Assembly: GCA_046262595.1 (NCBI GenBank)
Contig: JBHEMM010000041.1
Location: 1-19,389, forward strand
From: Vulcanimicrobiaceae bacterium
GTDB taxonomy: Bacteria > Vulcanimicrobiota > Vulcanimicrobiia > Vulcanimicrobiales > Vulcanimicrobiaceae
Direction of reading: 5' to 3'
DNA: 19,389 nt
Position 1 is the first letter of the stretch; each line of letters begins with the position of its first letter. The notes beneath the pieces were generated by a model, which had not been told where the DNA came from, searched no databases, and worked only from the letters and a program-made list of their open reading frames with translations. A program made the translations under genes and the position numbers. Positions 5,790-15,739 of this stretch are shown in pieces.

Positions 5790-6357
5790 AACGCGCGATC
5801 GGGTCGGCCTCCAAATTCACGCGGTCGCCCTCGTGCCGCGCGCCCAGCGTCGTGCGCGCGAGCGTCTGCGGAATCAACGCGATCTCGAAAAACTCTTCAT
5901 CGGCAAGCGCGATGGTGACGCTCACGCCATCTACGCTGATGAAGCCCTTCTCGCAAACGAAGCGGCGCAGCTTTTCCGGTGTTTCGATGCGCATGCGCAA
6001 ACCTTGGCCTTCCGGTAAGAGCGCGAGCACCGTTGAAGCGGCGTCGACGTGCCCGTAAACGAAGTGCCCGCCCATGCGATCGCCCACGCGAAGCGAATAT
6101 TCGACGTTCACCCGATCTCCCTCGCGCAGCGCGCCCAGCGTCGAGCACTGCAGCGTTTCCGGAACCACGTCGAACGCGACGCTGTTGTGGTCCACAGCCG
6201 TTGCCGTCAAACACACGCCGTTGACCGCGATCGAATCCTTCGGCTCCGTCTCTTCATCAGAAGCTCCTTCGCATCGAATGCGCAGATGCATACCGCCCGT
6301 GGAAAAGAGTGTTGCTTCTTCCACCGTTCCGCGATAGCCGATAAGACCGCTAAACAC
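5776..6357 (-). CDS. ribE: Riboflavin synthase (alpha chain)
   Basis: MFSGLI N-terminus, DSIAVNGVCLT, GGHFVYGHVD, KGFISVDGVSVT and VNLEAD; directly downstream of ribD. Confidence 0.95.
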   Translation of the reverse strand: MFSGLIGYRGTVEEATLFSTGGMHLRIRCEGASDEETEPKDSIAVNGVCLTATAVDHNSVAFDVVPETLQCSTLGALREGDRVNVEYSLRVGDRMGGHFVYGHVDAASTVLALLPEGQGLRMRIETPEKLRRFVCEKGFISVDGVSVTIALADEEFFEIALIPQTLARTTLGARHEGDRVNLEADPIARYAKI

Positions 6358-7444
6358 GCTCGAACATTCCCGTCATCATCATGTCGCCGCCGAGCCTTTC
6401 GACGGACGTCACACGCAGGCCCCGCGTCTCTGCGAGCGTACCGCCGCTCACCACCGGAACGGCATGAGGCGAGTGCAAAAAGCGCGGCGCAATCAGCCAA
6501 ACGAGGCGATCGACCAAGCCCAGGCGCAAGAAGCTGCCCGCGAGTGCCGGCCCGCCCTCGCAGAGCAGACTCATAATGCCGCGTGCGTAAAGCGCGTCCA
6601 AGGCGAGGTTCAAGTCAAGCTGCGGCGTTTCGCCCACGAAGAGCACATCCGCGGCTGGGCCGAGTGTGTCGACGGTTTTACGATTTGCACCGGATGCAAG
6701 AACGATCGTTTTCGCGTAACCGGGCTGTTCTGCGAAAATGCGCCGATCGCGCTGCGGAGGTTCGGTCCCGCAGAAAACAACGCGCGCATACGGAACGGCT
6801 CGCCGGCGCGCCGGCCGCACGGTCAGCTGCGGATCGTCGGCTTGCACCGTCCCGGCGCCAATGCCCGCGGCGTCGTGTTCGATACGCAGCTCGCGCACGA
6901 ACGCGCGCGCCTCTTCGCCCGTTAGCCAGGTCTGCACGCCCGGCCCCGCGGCGGCAAACCCGTCGAGCGACATCGCCATCTTCAGCGTGACGAAGGGACG
7001 CTGCGACTGTATCGCGCGCGCGAACGGCGCTATGAGATCGCGCGCTTGCGGATCGTGCGCGTCTTGCGCGGCGACGCCGTGCTCGCGCAGATACGCGAAC
7101 CCGGCGCCCGCGGTGCGCGGATCGGGATCGCGCGTGCCTGCAACAACGCGCGTTATGTCCGCTTGCGCGAGCGCATGCGTGCACGGTGGCGTGCGGCCGT
7201 GATGATTGCACGGCTCGAGCGAGACATAGAGAACGGCGCCGCGCGCGCGTTCGCCGGCGGCGGCTAGCGCAAGCACTTCCGCATGCGCCTCGCCCGCGCG
7301 ATGGTGGTAACCCTCGCCGACAATCCGGCCATCGGCAACGACGACGGCGCCGACGGGGGGATTCGGCGAGATGTTGCCCAACGCGCGGCGCGCGAGCGCG
7401 TAGGTTCGTTCCAGATACACACGATCGGCCGGCGCGAGGCTCAT
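6350..7444 (-). CDS. ribD: Bifunctional riboflavin deaminase/reductase
   Basis: SPNPPVGAV, HAE, LEPCNHHGRTPPC, LKMAMSLDG, DDPQLTVR and EGG. Start placed at ATG 7444. Confidence 0.96.
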   Translation of the reverse strand: MSLAPADRVYLERTYALARRALGNISPNPPVGAVVVADGRIVGEGYHHRAGEAHAEVLALAAAGERARGAVLYVSLEPCNHHGRTPPCTHALAQADITRVVAGTRDPDPRTAGAGFAYLREHGVAAQDAHDPQARDLIAPFARAIQSQRPFVTLKMAMSLDGFAAAGPGVQTWLTGEEARAFVRELRIEHDAAGIGAGTVQADDPQLTVRPARRRAVPYARVVFCGTEPPQRDRRIFAEQPGYAKTIVLASGANRKTVDTLGPAADVLFVGETPQLDLNLALDALYARGIMSLLCEGGPALAGSFLRLGLVDRLVWLIAPRFLHSPHAVPVVSGGTLAETRGLRVTSVERLGGDMMMTGMFERV

Positions 7445-7446
7445 CG

Positions 7447-8046
7447 TTAAGCTGTGAGCGCCAATGCAACCGCGCGCGAAACGGCGCCGCCGGCATCGCG
7501 TACGGCGCGCGCGCAATCTTCCAGGGTCGCGCCGGTGGTCACTACATCGTCAAGCAGCACGATACTCATGCCGTTGAGCGGTTCGCCGTGCCAGAGGAAT
7601 CGCCCGCGTGCGGCCAGACGCTGAACGCGCGAACGGCCGCGTTGGCGATCGCCCCGCACTTGTCGCAGGTGCGGCAAGACGATGGAGCCGTTCCAGGCTG
7701 CCGCAACGTTCGCCATGAGCACGCAGCCGTCGAACCCGCGCTCGCGTCTGCGTGCGGCGGTCGTCGGCACAGGCACGACGGGGCAACGCTCTTGAAGCAT
7801 ATCCGCCAGCCGCAGCGCTGCGGCCCGTGCCACGTCGCGGCGCCCGCTTTTGAGTGCCAGCACGGCGCGCCGTAAAGGCCCTTCGTACAGCCCCGCTGCG
7901 CTCACGGTGATCGTTTCGAGCCGGCGCACGAAGGCTGCGCACGGCGGCGCGCATTCCTCGCAAAGACCCCAGCCTGGGCGCGCGCACCCGCCGCACTGCG
8001 GCGGAAAGAGATACTCGAGAACTGCCTGCAGATTCATGCGCGTCAT
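7447..8046 (-). CDS. comF: ComF family protein (Zn ribbon plus phosphoribosyltransferase)
   Basis: LFPPQCGGC...LCEEC, VPVPT...RERGFD and LLDDVVTTGATL. The start could be 8037. Confidence 0.88.
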   Translation of the reverse strand: MTRMNLQAVLEYLFPPQCGGCARPGWGLCEECAPPCAAFVRRLETITVSAAGLYEGPLRRAVLALKSGRRDVARAAALRLADMLQERCPVVPVPTTAARRRERGFDGCVLMANVAAAWNGSIVLPHLRQVRGDRQRGRSRVQRLAARGRFLWHGEPLNGMSIVLLDDVVTTGATLEDCARAVRDAGGAVSRAVALALTA

Positions 8047-8080
8047 TCACGACGCGGGGCGCCGTATCTATGCGGGCTCT

Positions 8081-9058
8081 CTAGGCCTCGTTGGCTACGA
8101 TCGTATCTTCGATCGTCGTTGACGCCCCGACGCGATAGTTCATGCCGACAATCGCGTTGCGCACGACCGCGCCGGCGCCGATGAGCGAGCCCTGCCAGAT
8201 GATCGAATGCTCGATGCGCGCGCCGGCTTGCACTTCAACGCCCTCGCCGACAACACTCGGCCCCAGAATGGCTGCAGACTTCGCGACCGACGCGCCCGCA
8301 CCGATCCAGACGTTGCCGTTCGGCGCGCGGCGGCCCGGGATCGTGAAGATGCCGTTCAACACGTCGTCGGTGGCGCGGCGGTATTCGTCCGGCGTGCCGA
8401 TATCGCACCAGTACGCGCCGCGCGCGTCAAAACCGTAGAATGCTTCGCCGGCTTGCTGCAACGCCGGAAACACGTTCTTGCCGAAGTCGTAGAACTCGCC
8501 CTTCGGAATGTGATCGAAGATCTGCGGCGAGAATGCATAGATGCCCGTGTTTACAAAGTTGCTCAGCTCGGTGCCCCTCGGGGGCTTCTCCTGGAAGCCC
8601 GTAATTTTGCCTGTTTCGTCGGTGACGACAACGCCGTATTGAGCGACGTCTTCCCGTTCCACCAGACCGATCGTCGCAACGGCATGTTTCTCGGCATGAA
8701 ACGCGAGGAGCGCATCGAGCCGCAAGTCCGTCAAATCGTCGCAGCCTACCACCACGAACGGCTCGCCGCTGAAAAACCACTTCATCTGTTCGACGGCACC
8801 CGCGCTTCCGAGCAATTCTTTTTCGTGCAGATATTCGATGCGCACGCCGAATGCCGAGCCGTCCCCGAGCGCCTGCACGATCGCACCGGAAAGATAATGC
8901 ACGTTGATCGCGATTTCGCCGAATCCGTACTGCTTGAGATACCGGATCAAATGCGCGGCGTTCGGCTCACCCAAAACCGGGACGAGGGGCTTAGGGACTT
9001 GCTTGGTCAGCGGGTACAAGCGGGTACTTAACCCGCCTGCTAAAATCATGGCGCGCAT
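8081..9058 (-). CDS. Sugar-phosphate nucleotidyltransferase (mannose-1-phosphate guanylyltransferase-like)
   Basis: MILAGGLSTRLYPLT..VPKPLVP, FQEKP, YWCDIGT and C-terminal hexapeptide repeats. Confidence 0.92.
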   Translation of the reverse strand: MRAMILAGGLSTRLYPLTKQVPKPLVPVLGEPNAAHLIRYLKQYGFGEIAINVHYLSGAIVQALGDGSAFGVRIEYLHEKELLGSAGAVEQMKWFFSGEPFVVVGCDDLTDLRLDALLAFHAEKHAVATIGLVEREDVAQYGVVVTDETGKITGFQEKPPRGTELSNFVNTGIYAFSPQIFDHIPKGEFYDFGKNVFPALQQAGEAFYGFDARGAYWCDIGTPDEYRRATDDVLNGIFTIPGRRAPNGNVWIGAGASVAKSAAILGPSVVGEGVEVQAGARIEHSIIWQGSLIGAGAVVRNAIVGMNYRVGASTTIEDTIVANEA

Positions 9059-9061
9059 GCG

Positions 9062-9808
9062 CTACGCTTTACCCCGGCCAAGCAGAATCCGCACCTGCTC
9101 GTTTCCCGCGAGCAGCACGAAATACGGCAGCGCCAGCTGCCGGCGCCAGCGCTTGGGTTCGCGCAGCAGCCGGTAAAGCCACTCGAGATGCATCCGCCGC
9201 CAAAGCTGCGGAGCACGCTCCAGTTTCCCGCTAATGACGTCGAACGACCCGCCGACGCCGATCCCCGCGCCGCAGTGCGTCTGTGGGAGCCACTGTGCAA
9301 GCCAGAACTCTTGCTTTGGGAATCCGAGCCCAGCGAACAACACGTGCGCGCCGCTCGCGCGAACCTCTGCCGCAACCTGCGCGGAAGCACTCTCGGGGAA
9401 ATATCCATCGCGCGCACCGGCGACAAGCAGGCCCGGATAGCGGCGCTGCAGTTGCGAGGCGGCTTGCTGCGCGATGCCGGGCGAACCGCCGAGCAAATAG
9501 ACGCTGACGCCGTCGCGGGCTGCCGTTGCACAAAAATGTTCGATCAGATCGACGCCGGTGACACGTTCGCGAAGCGGCGCGCCGCGCGCACGCGCGACGG
9601 CAAGCAAACCGGCCGTATCGCACAACGAAAGCGCGCTGGCATTGATCAGCTCCCGGTAGCGCACATCGCGCTGCGCGTACACGACCATTTCGGTTCCGAG
9701 CGTCACGATCTGCGCACCCCGCTGCGCCTTTGCAAAACCGAGCACGGCTTGCGTTGCGGCATCGGCGTCGAGCGCGTCGAGCTTACACCCCAGAATGCGC
9801 AGCGTCAC
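9062..9808 (-). CDS. WecB/TagA/CpsF family glycosyltransferase (GT26)
   Basis: ERVTGVDL, YLLGG, DGYF, GLGFPKQE, GVGGSFDV, RAP and LEWLYRL..EPKRWRR. Start placed at GTG 9808 (VTLRILG). Confidence 0.93.
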   Translation of the reverse strand: MTLRILGCKLDALDADAATQAVLGFAKAQRGAQIVTLGTEMVVYAQRDVRYRELINASALSLCDTAGLLAVARARGAPLRERVTGVDLIEHFCATAARDGVSVYLLGGSPGIAQQAASQLQRRYPGLLVAGARDGYFPESASAQVAAEVRASGAHVLFAGLGFPKQEFWLAQWLPQTHCGAGIGVGGSFDVISGKLERAPQLWRRMHLEWLYRLLREPKRWRRQLALPYFVLLAGNEQVRILLGRGKA

Positions 9809-10679
9809 GGTACCGTTGCAACATCGGGCGCAGCGCGCCCGAAACATCCCCAGGGATCGCATCGAGCGGTAAGCGGCACTCACCCGCCGCAAAGCCGAGC
9901 TGTCGCATCGCCCACTTCACGCCTATCGGATTAGTCGCGGCGAACAGCGTACGAATCAATGGAAGCAGTGAGAGATGAATGCGTGCGGCTTCTGGCGCGT
10001 CGCCCGATTCATGAGCGCGGATCATCGCGGCGTATTCGAGCGAGCATAAGTGCGATGCGACGCCGACCACGCCGTCCGCACCCATCGCTAAGCACGGTAA
10101 GAACAAATGATCGTCACCGGCAAAAACGAGAAACCCCTGGTCGCGGCCCGCAAGCACCGTGCCGATCTGCATGAGGTCTCCGCTGGATTCTTTGACGCCC
10201 GCAATATTGGCATGCCGGCGCGCCAGCTCGAACAGCGTCTCGGGCAGCATATTCGCCGCGGTCCGGCCGGGGATGTTGTAGATGATGACCGGCAAATCCG
10301 TTGCCTGGGCGATTGCGCCGAAGTGCGCCAGCATGCCGCTCTGCGCGGGCTTGTTGTAGTAGGGAACGACTGCGAGAATCGCGTCGGCGCCGGCGCGCTG
10401 CGCGGCCGTCACGCTGCGCACGGAGTCCCGCGTATCGTTGCTGCCCGCATTCGCAACGACCGTGCGCGCGCCCGCCGCTTCCTTCACCGCTGCGAACAAC
10501 CGCTCGCGCTCGTGCGCCGTGAGCGTCTGCCCTTCGCCGGTGGAACCGGCCACGACCAAGGCGGTGTTTCCGCGCGAAAACAGCCACGCGGCAATGCGGG
10601 CGGCTTCGCGCTCGTCGACATCGCCCCGCTCGTCAAACGGCGTGATCATGGCGGTAACAATCTTGCCGAACTGCGTCAT
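9783..10679 (-). CDS. dapA: 4-hydroxy-tetrahydrodipicolinate synthase
   Basis: TAMITPF, GSTGE, PYYNKP, YNIPGRT, GVKES and NPIGVK; lies in the dap cluster. Confidence 0.96.
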   Translation of the reverse strand: MTQFGKIVTAMITPFDERGDVDEREAARIAAWLFSRGNTALVVAGSTGEGQTLTAHERERLFAAVKEAAGARTVVANAGSNDTRDSVRSVTAAQRAGADAILAVVPYYNKPAQSGMLAHFGAIAQATDLPVIIYNIPGRTAANMLPETLFELARRHANIAGVKESSGDLMQIGTVLAGRDQGFLVFAGDDHLFLPCLAMGADGVVGVASHLCSLEYAAMIRAHESGDAPEAARIHLSLLPLIRTLFAATNPIGVKWAMRQLGFAAGECRLPLDAIPGDVSGALRPMLQRYRDAAHSGV

Positions 10680-11884
10680 GAGCGCACCTTCTCTTCCAAA
10701 TGAAACTGGTCGTGAACGGCTTGTTCGGCGCGCTGCGCGTCAGCCGAGGGAACCAGCACGGAAACCGTGATATTGCTGTCGGTGCAATGAATAATCTCCA
10801 CGCCGGCGGTTGAAAGCGCTCGAACGATGCGCTGAATCACGCCCGGCGTGTAACGCATTGCCGCGCCTACCACCGAAAGCTTCGAGCAGCCCTCACGCAC
10901 GCGCACCGCAAGATTTAAATCGCCGAGCAGCGCCCGGATATCGGCGCCGCGATCGCCTTCGACGACGAACATGACGCCCGCCTGATTGATCGTCACCTGA
11001 TCGATCGAGATGCCGGCGTCCGCGATGCGCACGAACATTTGCAGCTCGACCTGCATGCGCCGCTGCGCATCTTCAATATCGCCGCGGATGACGCGAATCC
11101 ACGTGACGCGTCCCGACGCCGTGACGCCGGTAACCGGGCGTTCGGGCTGGAACGACTCGTCGACAAGGGTGCCGGTGCCGGTCCGCAGGCCCTTTATCGA
11201 ATACGGCGTCGCCGTGCGCTGTGCGAAATCGGCGGCTTTGAAATGCATCACCTTTGCACCGTGCTGTGCGAGCTCGGTCATCTCTTCGGGCGTTGCGCGC
11301 GCGATCGTATGCGCGCCTTCGATGCGCCTTGGGTCGCCCGTCATGGCACCGCTGACATCGGTGTAAATGTCCACGCGTTTTGCGCCGAGCGCGTGTCCGA
11401 GCGCAATCGCGGTTAAATCCGTGCCGCCGCGCCCGAGCGTCGTGACTTCTCCCGTCTCGGTCGCGCCCTGAAAGCCGGCAACGACCGGTACGGCGCCCGC
11501 CTCGAGCGCTGCAAGCACGCGCGAAGGCTCGATGCGCAGAATCTTCGCGTCGCCGTGCGCGCCGTTCGTAACGATGCCGGCCTGCGCGCCCGTGAGGACG
11601 ATCGCCGGCACGCGTAGCCGCTCCAGTTCGCTTGCAAAGACACCGGCCGCGATGATCTCACCGCACGCTAGAAGCAGATCGTTCGTGCGCGAGAACACAT
11701 TGCAGCCGGCAAGCGCGAGCAGCGAATCCGTCGCATACGGCTCCGGCGGGCGGCCCATCGCAGAAACGACGGCAACCGGCGCGAAGCCGGCTTCGCGTTC
11801 GTCTTGCAGACGCCCAGCAGCGAGCGCGCGGTGTTCGGCGTTCGCGACGGACGTGCCGCCGAACTTCAATACCGCGATCTTCAT
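10676..11884 (-). CDS. dapG: Aspartate kinase (DapG/LysC type, with ACT domains)
   Basis: KFGGTSV, VVSAMG, VAGFQG, TLGRGGTDLTA, YTDV.G..T.DPR and GAKVMH. The asd-kinase-dapA order matches the Bacillus dap operon. Confidence 0.92.
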   Translation of the reverse strand: MKIAVLKFGGTSVANAEHRALAAGRLQDEREAGFAPVAVVSAMGRPPEPYATDSLLALAGCNVFSRTNDLLLACGEIIAAGVFASELERLRVPAIVLTGAQAGIVTNGAHGDAKILRIEPSRVLAALEAGAVPVVAGFQGATETGEVTTLGRGGTDLTAIALGHALGAKRVDIYTDVSGAMTGDPRRIEGAHTIARATPEEMTELAQHGAKVMHFKAADFAQRTATPYSIKGLRTGTGTLVDESFQPERPVTGVTASGRVTWIRVIRGDIEDAQRRMQVELQMFVRIADAGISIDQVTINQAGVMFVVEGDRGADIRALLGDLNLAVRVREGCSKLSVVGAAMRYTPGVIQRIVRALSTAGVEIIHCTDSNITVSVLVPSADAQRAEQAVHDQFHLEEKVRS

Positions 11885-12786
11885 GAACGGCGCCGCATGA
11901 GGAGCTCCAAGATCTGTACCGCGTTCGTTGCCGCGCCTTTACGCAGCTGATCGCCGCAAATCCACATTTGAAAGTGGTTGGGGCGCTCGCATGCCCGCAG
12001 CCGGGCGACGTGCACCTCGTCCGTGCCCTCGACCTCGCGCGGCGTGACGATGCCGTCACGATGAAACACGACGCCGGGCGCGCGTTCGAACGCTTCGCTG
12101 AGCTCACGAACGCCCGCCGGGCGCGCGGTTTCAAAAAAGACCGCTTCGGAATGCGCCGTACGTACCGGCACGCGCGCGCACGTTATCTCGATTGAGAGCT
12201 GCGGCAATTCCAAAATCTTGCGCGTTTCGTCGCGCACTTTAGCTTCTTCGCCGGTCGATCCGCCCTCACCGAACGAACCGATCTGCGGCACGACATTGCG
12301 CACGGCGGCGCCTTCCCCGCGATCGAACTCCTGGAGGGCAACGCGTCCCGCTCCGCTGATGGCTTGATACGTTGCCACCTGCGCGCTGCGTAGGCCCGCG
12401 GCATCGCGCACCGGCGCAAGCGCCAGGCACAGAATGATGGCGGTGCAGTTCGCAACCGGGAAAAGCAAGTCGTCCGCGCGCATGACGTGCGCGTTGACCT
12501 CCGGAACGATGAGCGGCACGCCATCGCGCATGCGAAACGTCGAACTGTTATCAATGACGATGCCGCCGCGCCGCACAATAGCGGGCGCCAGCGCTTCGCT
12601 CGCGTCTTCACTGCCGGCAAAGAAGACGGCGCCGAACGCAGCAAGGGCGCCCTCATTTGCCGCCTGCACGTCATCACGCGCGCGTGAGGCGAACTTGCCG
12701 GCATCGCTGCCGTGACCGCGCTCGCGAAGAACGCGCAGGATCGTTTCGCCCACGACGCCGGTTGCGCCCACAACGGCAACGCGCAT
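11881..12786 (-). CDS. asd: Aspartate-semialdehyde dehydrogenase
   Basis: VGATGVVG, IDNSSTFRM, VPLIVPEVN, ANCT, TYQAISGAG, RVPV..AHS and DQLRKGAATNAVQI; compact at 301 aa. Confidence 0.95.
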   Translation of the reverse strand: MRVAVVGATGVVGETILRVLRERGHGSDAGKFASRARDDVQAANEGALAAFGAVFFAGSEDASEALAPAIVRRGGIVIDNSSTFRMRDGVPLIVPEVNAHVMRADDLLFPVANCTAIILCLALAPVRDAAGLRSAQVATYQAISGAGRVALQEFDRGEGAAVRNVVPQIGSFGEGGSTGEEAKVRDETRKILELPQLSIEITCARVPVRTAHSEAVFFETARPAGVRELSEAFERAPGVVFHRDGIVTPREVEGTDEVHVARLRACERPNHFQMWICGDQLRKGAATNAVQILELLMRRRS

Positions 12787-12787
12787 G

Positions 12788-13483
12788 CTAAAGAACCGCC
12801 TCTAAACCCACGTGCAGACCGTCGAGCGCCCCGACGCCGCGCAGCGCGCGAAGAAGGCCGGCCGCGAACGAGTCACGCGAGAACGAGTCGTGACGGATGG
12901 TGAGCAGCTCGCCGGTGTTTCCGAACAGCACCATTTGATGCGCGAGCAAGCCCTCGAGCCGCACGCTATGAATTGGAACGGCATGCGCGCCGCCGCCCGA
13001 AGCGATGCGCGCTGCCGTCGCTGCGGCGGTGGCGCTGGGCTTGTCGCGTTTTTTCGCCCGGTGCATCTCAACGATCTCCGCCGTGGGGAAGTGCCGCGCG
13101 GCTTCCTGCGCGAAGCGCATCATCAGCACGGCGCCAATCGCAAAGTTCGGAACGATCAGCGCGCCCAGAGCGCGCTCGCGGCAGCGCAGGGCCAGATCGG
13201 CCCGCTCGCTTTCGTTCCACTCGCTCGAACCGATGATCGGACGCGCGCCGTGCGCGAGCGCACTCTCGGCCGCCGTCTGCGTGAAGGGACGCGCGGTGAA
13301 ATCGACCAGCACCTCGGGCCGCTCTTCTAAGAACAGCTGCTCGAGATCGTTGTAGAGGCGTTGTGCCGGGTCGCGCGTGCGCGCGAAGCCGCCCGCGTAC
13401 TGCAGATCGGGCGCCGCTTCGATGGTTTGGCGCGCCAGAGTGCCCATGCGCCCCAACGCTCCCGAAACGGCGGCGCGGGTCAC
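12788..13483 (-). CDS. dapB: 4-hydroxy-tetrahydrodipicolinate reductase
   Basis: GALGRMG, VDFT, PNFAIG, EIVEMH..K.DKPSATA, IHSVRL and LTIRHDS..R.SF. Confidence 0.94.
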   Translation of the reverse strand: MTRAAVSGALGRMGTLARQTIEAAPDLQYAGGFARTRDPAQRLYNDLEQLFLEERPEVLVDFTARPFTQTAAESALAHGARPIIGSSEWNESERADLALRCRERALGALIVPNFAIGAVLMMRFAQEAARHFPTAEIVEMHRAKKRDKPSATAAATAARIASGGGAHAVPIHSVRLEGLLAHQMVLFGNTGELLTIRHDSFSRDSFAAGLLRALRGVGALDGLHVGLEAVL

Positions 13484-15639
13484 ACTTTTTCTAAGGGTGC
13501 GTATTTCAACATGACCATCTTCTGCCCCACGTTCGGGAAATCGATGGTCACTAAACCGTCCCCGCCTGCGCCTACGACATCGCCGATGATGCCTTCACCC
13601 CACTTGGGATGACGCACGCGGTCACCCTTTTTCAAGCCCATGCCCATACCGGCACCGGCGCTCTCGTGGATGGAGACCTCACGCCAGCGTCCGCCCGCGG
13701 GGCGGGGCAGAACCACGCCGCCGAGCAGTTCGACTTCAGGCATCTCTTCCAAGAAGCGCGATTTCGGATGGGCGAACGTGTTGCCGAACAGCGTACGCCG
13801 TTCCGCGTAGGATAAGAAAAGGCGATCCATCGCTCGCGTCACGCCGACATACGCCAAGCGGCGTTCTTCTTCGAGTTCGGTCATATCGACCAGCGCACGC
13901 GAATGCGGGAAGACGCCTTCTTCCAAGCCGGTGAGGAAAACGTTGGGAAACTCCAGACCTTTCGCGCCGTGCAGGGTCATGAGCGTCACGTACGACGAAT
14001 CCGCGTCGAGCGTGTCCAGGTCGGTGATTAGCGCAATGTTCGCAAGGAAACCGGAAAGCGTCGCATCGCCTTCGTTTTGCTCGTACTCGCGAGCGACGCC
14101 AATCAGCTCCTGCAGATTTTCCAGGCGCGTGCGCGCGTCGGCCGTGTCTTCGTTCTTGAGTTCCCGCACGTAGCCCGACTCTTCCATCACTGCAACGAGC
14201 AGGTCGGCTATCGAGAAGCCGGCGGTCCGCGAACGCAGCGTTTCAATGAGCTCGGCGAACCGCTCCAGTTCCTTCGTTTTCTTGGGAACGGCTTTCTTGA
14301 GCAGTTCTTTATCGAAGACCGCCTGTCCGACCGATAGCCCGGCCGCATTTGCTGCCGTCACGAGACTCGCTAAGGTTTGCTGCCCGATGCTGCGGCGCGG
14401 CACGTTGACGATGCGTTTGAACGCAATGGCGTCGGCCGGATTCTCAATATAGCGCAGATAGGCGATGATGTCTTTGATTTCCGTGCGGGCGTAGAAGCCG
14501 ACGCCGCCCACCACGCGGTACGGAATACCTTCCGCGATGAGTGCTTCTTCGAACACGCGCGACTGCGCGTTCGTGCGGTAGAGAACGAGGAAGTCGCGGT
14601 AAGCCGAGCCTTCGCGTACGAGCTCTTTGACTTTTTCGACGACGTACCGCGCTTCGGAACGCTCGGTGTCCGCTCCGAAGGCCGTGATTTTGTCGCCTTC
14701 CGCGCGCTTGGTGAAAAGCTTCTTTACCTGGCGGTGCTTGTTGTTTGAAACGAGCGCGTTCGCCGCGTCCAGAATCGTTTGTGTGCTGCGGTAGTTTTCC
14801 TCGAGCGTAAAGACTTTCGCGCCCGGAAAGTCTTCTTCGAAGCGCAGGATCATCCGGTAGTCGCTGCCGCGCCACGAATAGATCGACTGGTCGTCGTCGC
14901 CCACCACCGTGACGTTCTTATGCTTTTCGCCGAGGATGGCGATGAGCCGGTACTGCGCGAAGTTGACGTCCTGATACTCGTCGACCAGAATGTATTGAAA
15001 CTTCTTCTGCCACTTCGTGCGCGTGGCGCTGTCCTTTTCAAACAGATCGATCGTGCGCACGATCAGGTCATCGAAATCTAAGCTGTTCGACTCGGAAAGA
15101 CGGCGCTGATATTCGGTGTAAACGTTCGCGAAGCGCTCCCCTAAGAACGAGGTATTCTTCTCGTGATACTGGTCGGGCCAGACCAAGCTGTTCTTCGCTT
15201 TGCTGATCTCGCCCAGGCAGGCACCCGGCGAGAGCTGGCGCTCGTCGTAGTCCAAATCCGCCAAAATGTCGCGGACCAGCGAACGCTGATCCGCGTCGTC
15301 GATAATCGCGAAGTTCGAGGCAATGCCCGCACGGCCACCGTCGCGGCGCAGCATGCGCACGCACATCGAGTGAAACGTGCCGACCCACAGATCGCGCGCG
15401 GCGTTCCCGACCATGCGCTCCAGACGCGCTTTCATCTCGCCGGCGGCTTTGTTCGTAAACGTTACGGCCAGGATGCGATCGGGCGCCGTTTCCAGCTCGT
15501 TGAGCAGGTGCGCGATGCGGTGCGTGAGCACGCGCGTTTTACCGCTTCCGGCACCGGCAAAAATCAAACAAGGTCCGTTCGCGTAGCGAACGGCGGCGGA
15601 TTGCACGTCGTTTAGGGTTTCCGTCTCCAAGATCATCAC
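13480..15639 (-). CDS. pcrA: ATP-dependent DNA helicase PcrA/UvrD
   Basis: AGAGSGKT, TFTNKAA, VDEYQD, VGDDDQSIY, LEENYRST, TLHGAKGLEF, EERRLAYVGVTRA and C-terminal Tudor-like RVRHPKWGEG. The start could be ATG 15636. Confidence 0.97.
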   Translation of the reverse strand: MMILETETLNDVQSAAVRYANGPCLIFAGAGSGKTRVLTHRIAHLLNELETAPDRILAVTFTNKAAGEMKARLERMVGNAARDLWVGTFHSMCVRMLRRDGGRAGIASNFAIIDDADQRSLVRDILADLDYDERQLSPGACLGEISKAKNSLVWPDQYHEKNTSFLGERFANVYTEYQRRLSESNSLDFDDLIVRTIDLFEKDSATRTKWQKKFQYILVDEYQDVNFAQYRLIAILGEKHKNVTVVGDDDQSIYSWRGSDYRMILRFEEDFPGAKVFTLEENYRSTQTILDAANALVSNNKHRQVKKLFTKRAEGDKITAFGADTERSEARYVVEKVKELVREGSAYRDFLVLYRTNAQSRVFEEALIAEGIPYRVVGGVGFYARTEIKDIIAYLRYIENPADAIAFKRIVNVPRRSIGQQTLASLVTAANAAGLSVGQAVFDKELLKKAVPKKTKELERFAELIETLRSRTAGFSIADLLVAVMEESGYVRELKNEDTADARTRLENLQELIGVAREYEQNEGDATLSGFLANIALITDLDTLDADSSYVTLMTLHGAKGLEFPNVFLTGLEEGVFPHSRALVDMTELEEERRLAYVGVTRAMDRLFLSYAERRTLFGNTFAHPKSRFLEEMPEVELLGGVVLPRPAGGRWREVSIHESAGAGMGMGLKKGDRVRHPKWGEGIIGDVVGAGGDGLVTIDFPNVGQKMVMLKYAPLEKV

Positions 15640-15652
15640 TGTCTACTTCTAC

Positions 15653-15699
15653 AAAAAGGGTAAAACGGCCTCGCCCTGCTAACGTGCCCGCCGTTTACC
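15653..15699 (-). terminator. Terminator-like hairpin between the glycosidase-like gene and pcrA
   Basis: Minus strand GGTAAACGGC-20 nt-GCCGTTTTACC (one bulge) followed by CTTTTT. The large loop lowers confidence. Confidence 0.4.
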
Positions 15700-15739
15700 G
15701 TCGCCGGGGTGCGATATTTGTCGCGTTCTTCGAGCAGTT

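Noticed and set aside
5776..8080. FMN riboswitch or complete rib operon
   Set aside because: ribD starts 2 nt after comF, leaving no leader. ribBA and ribH are simply not in this window.
14968..14982. Genome-wide reassignment of Asp codons to Leu, suggested by the odd tRNA
   Set aside because: Invariant aspartates in host genes, such as PcrA Walker B DEYQD, are encoded by GAC, and all core genes read normally in the standard code.
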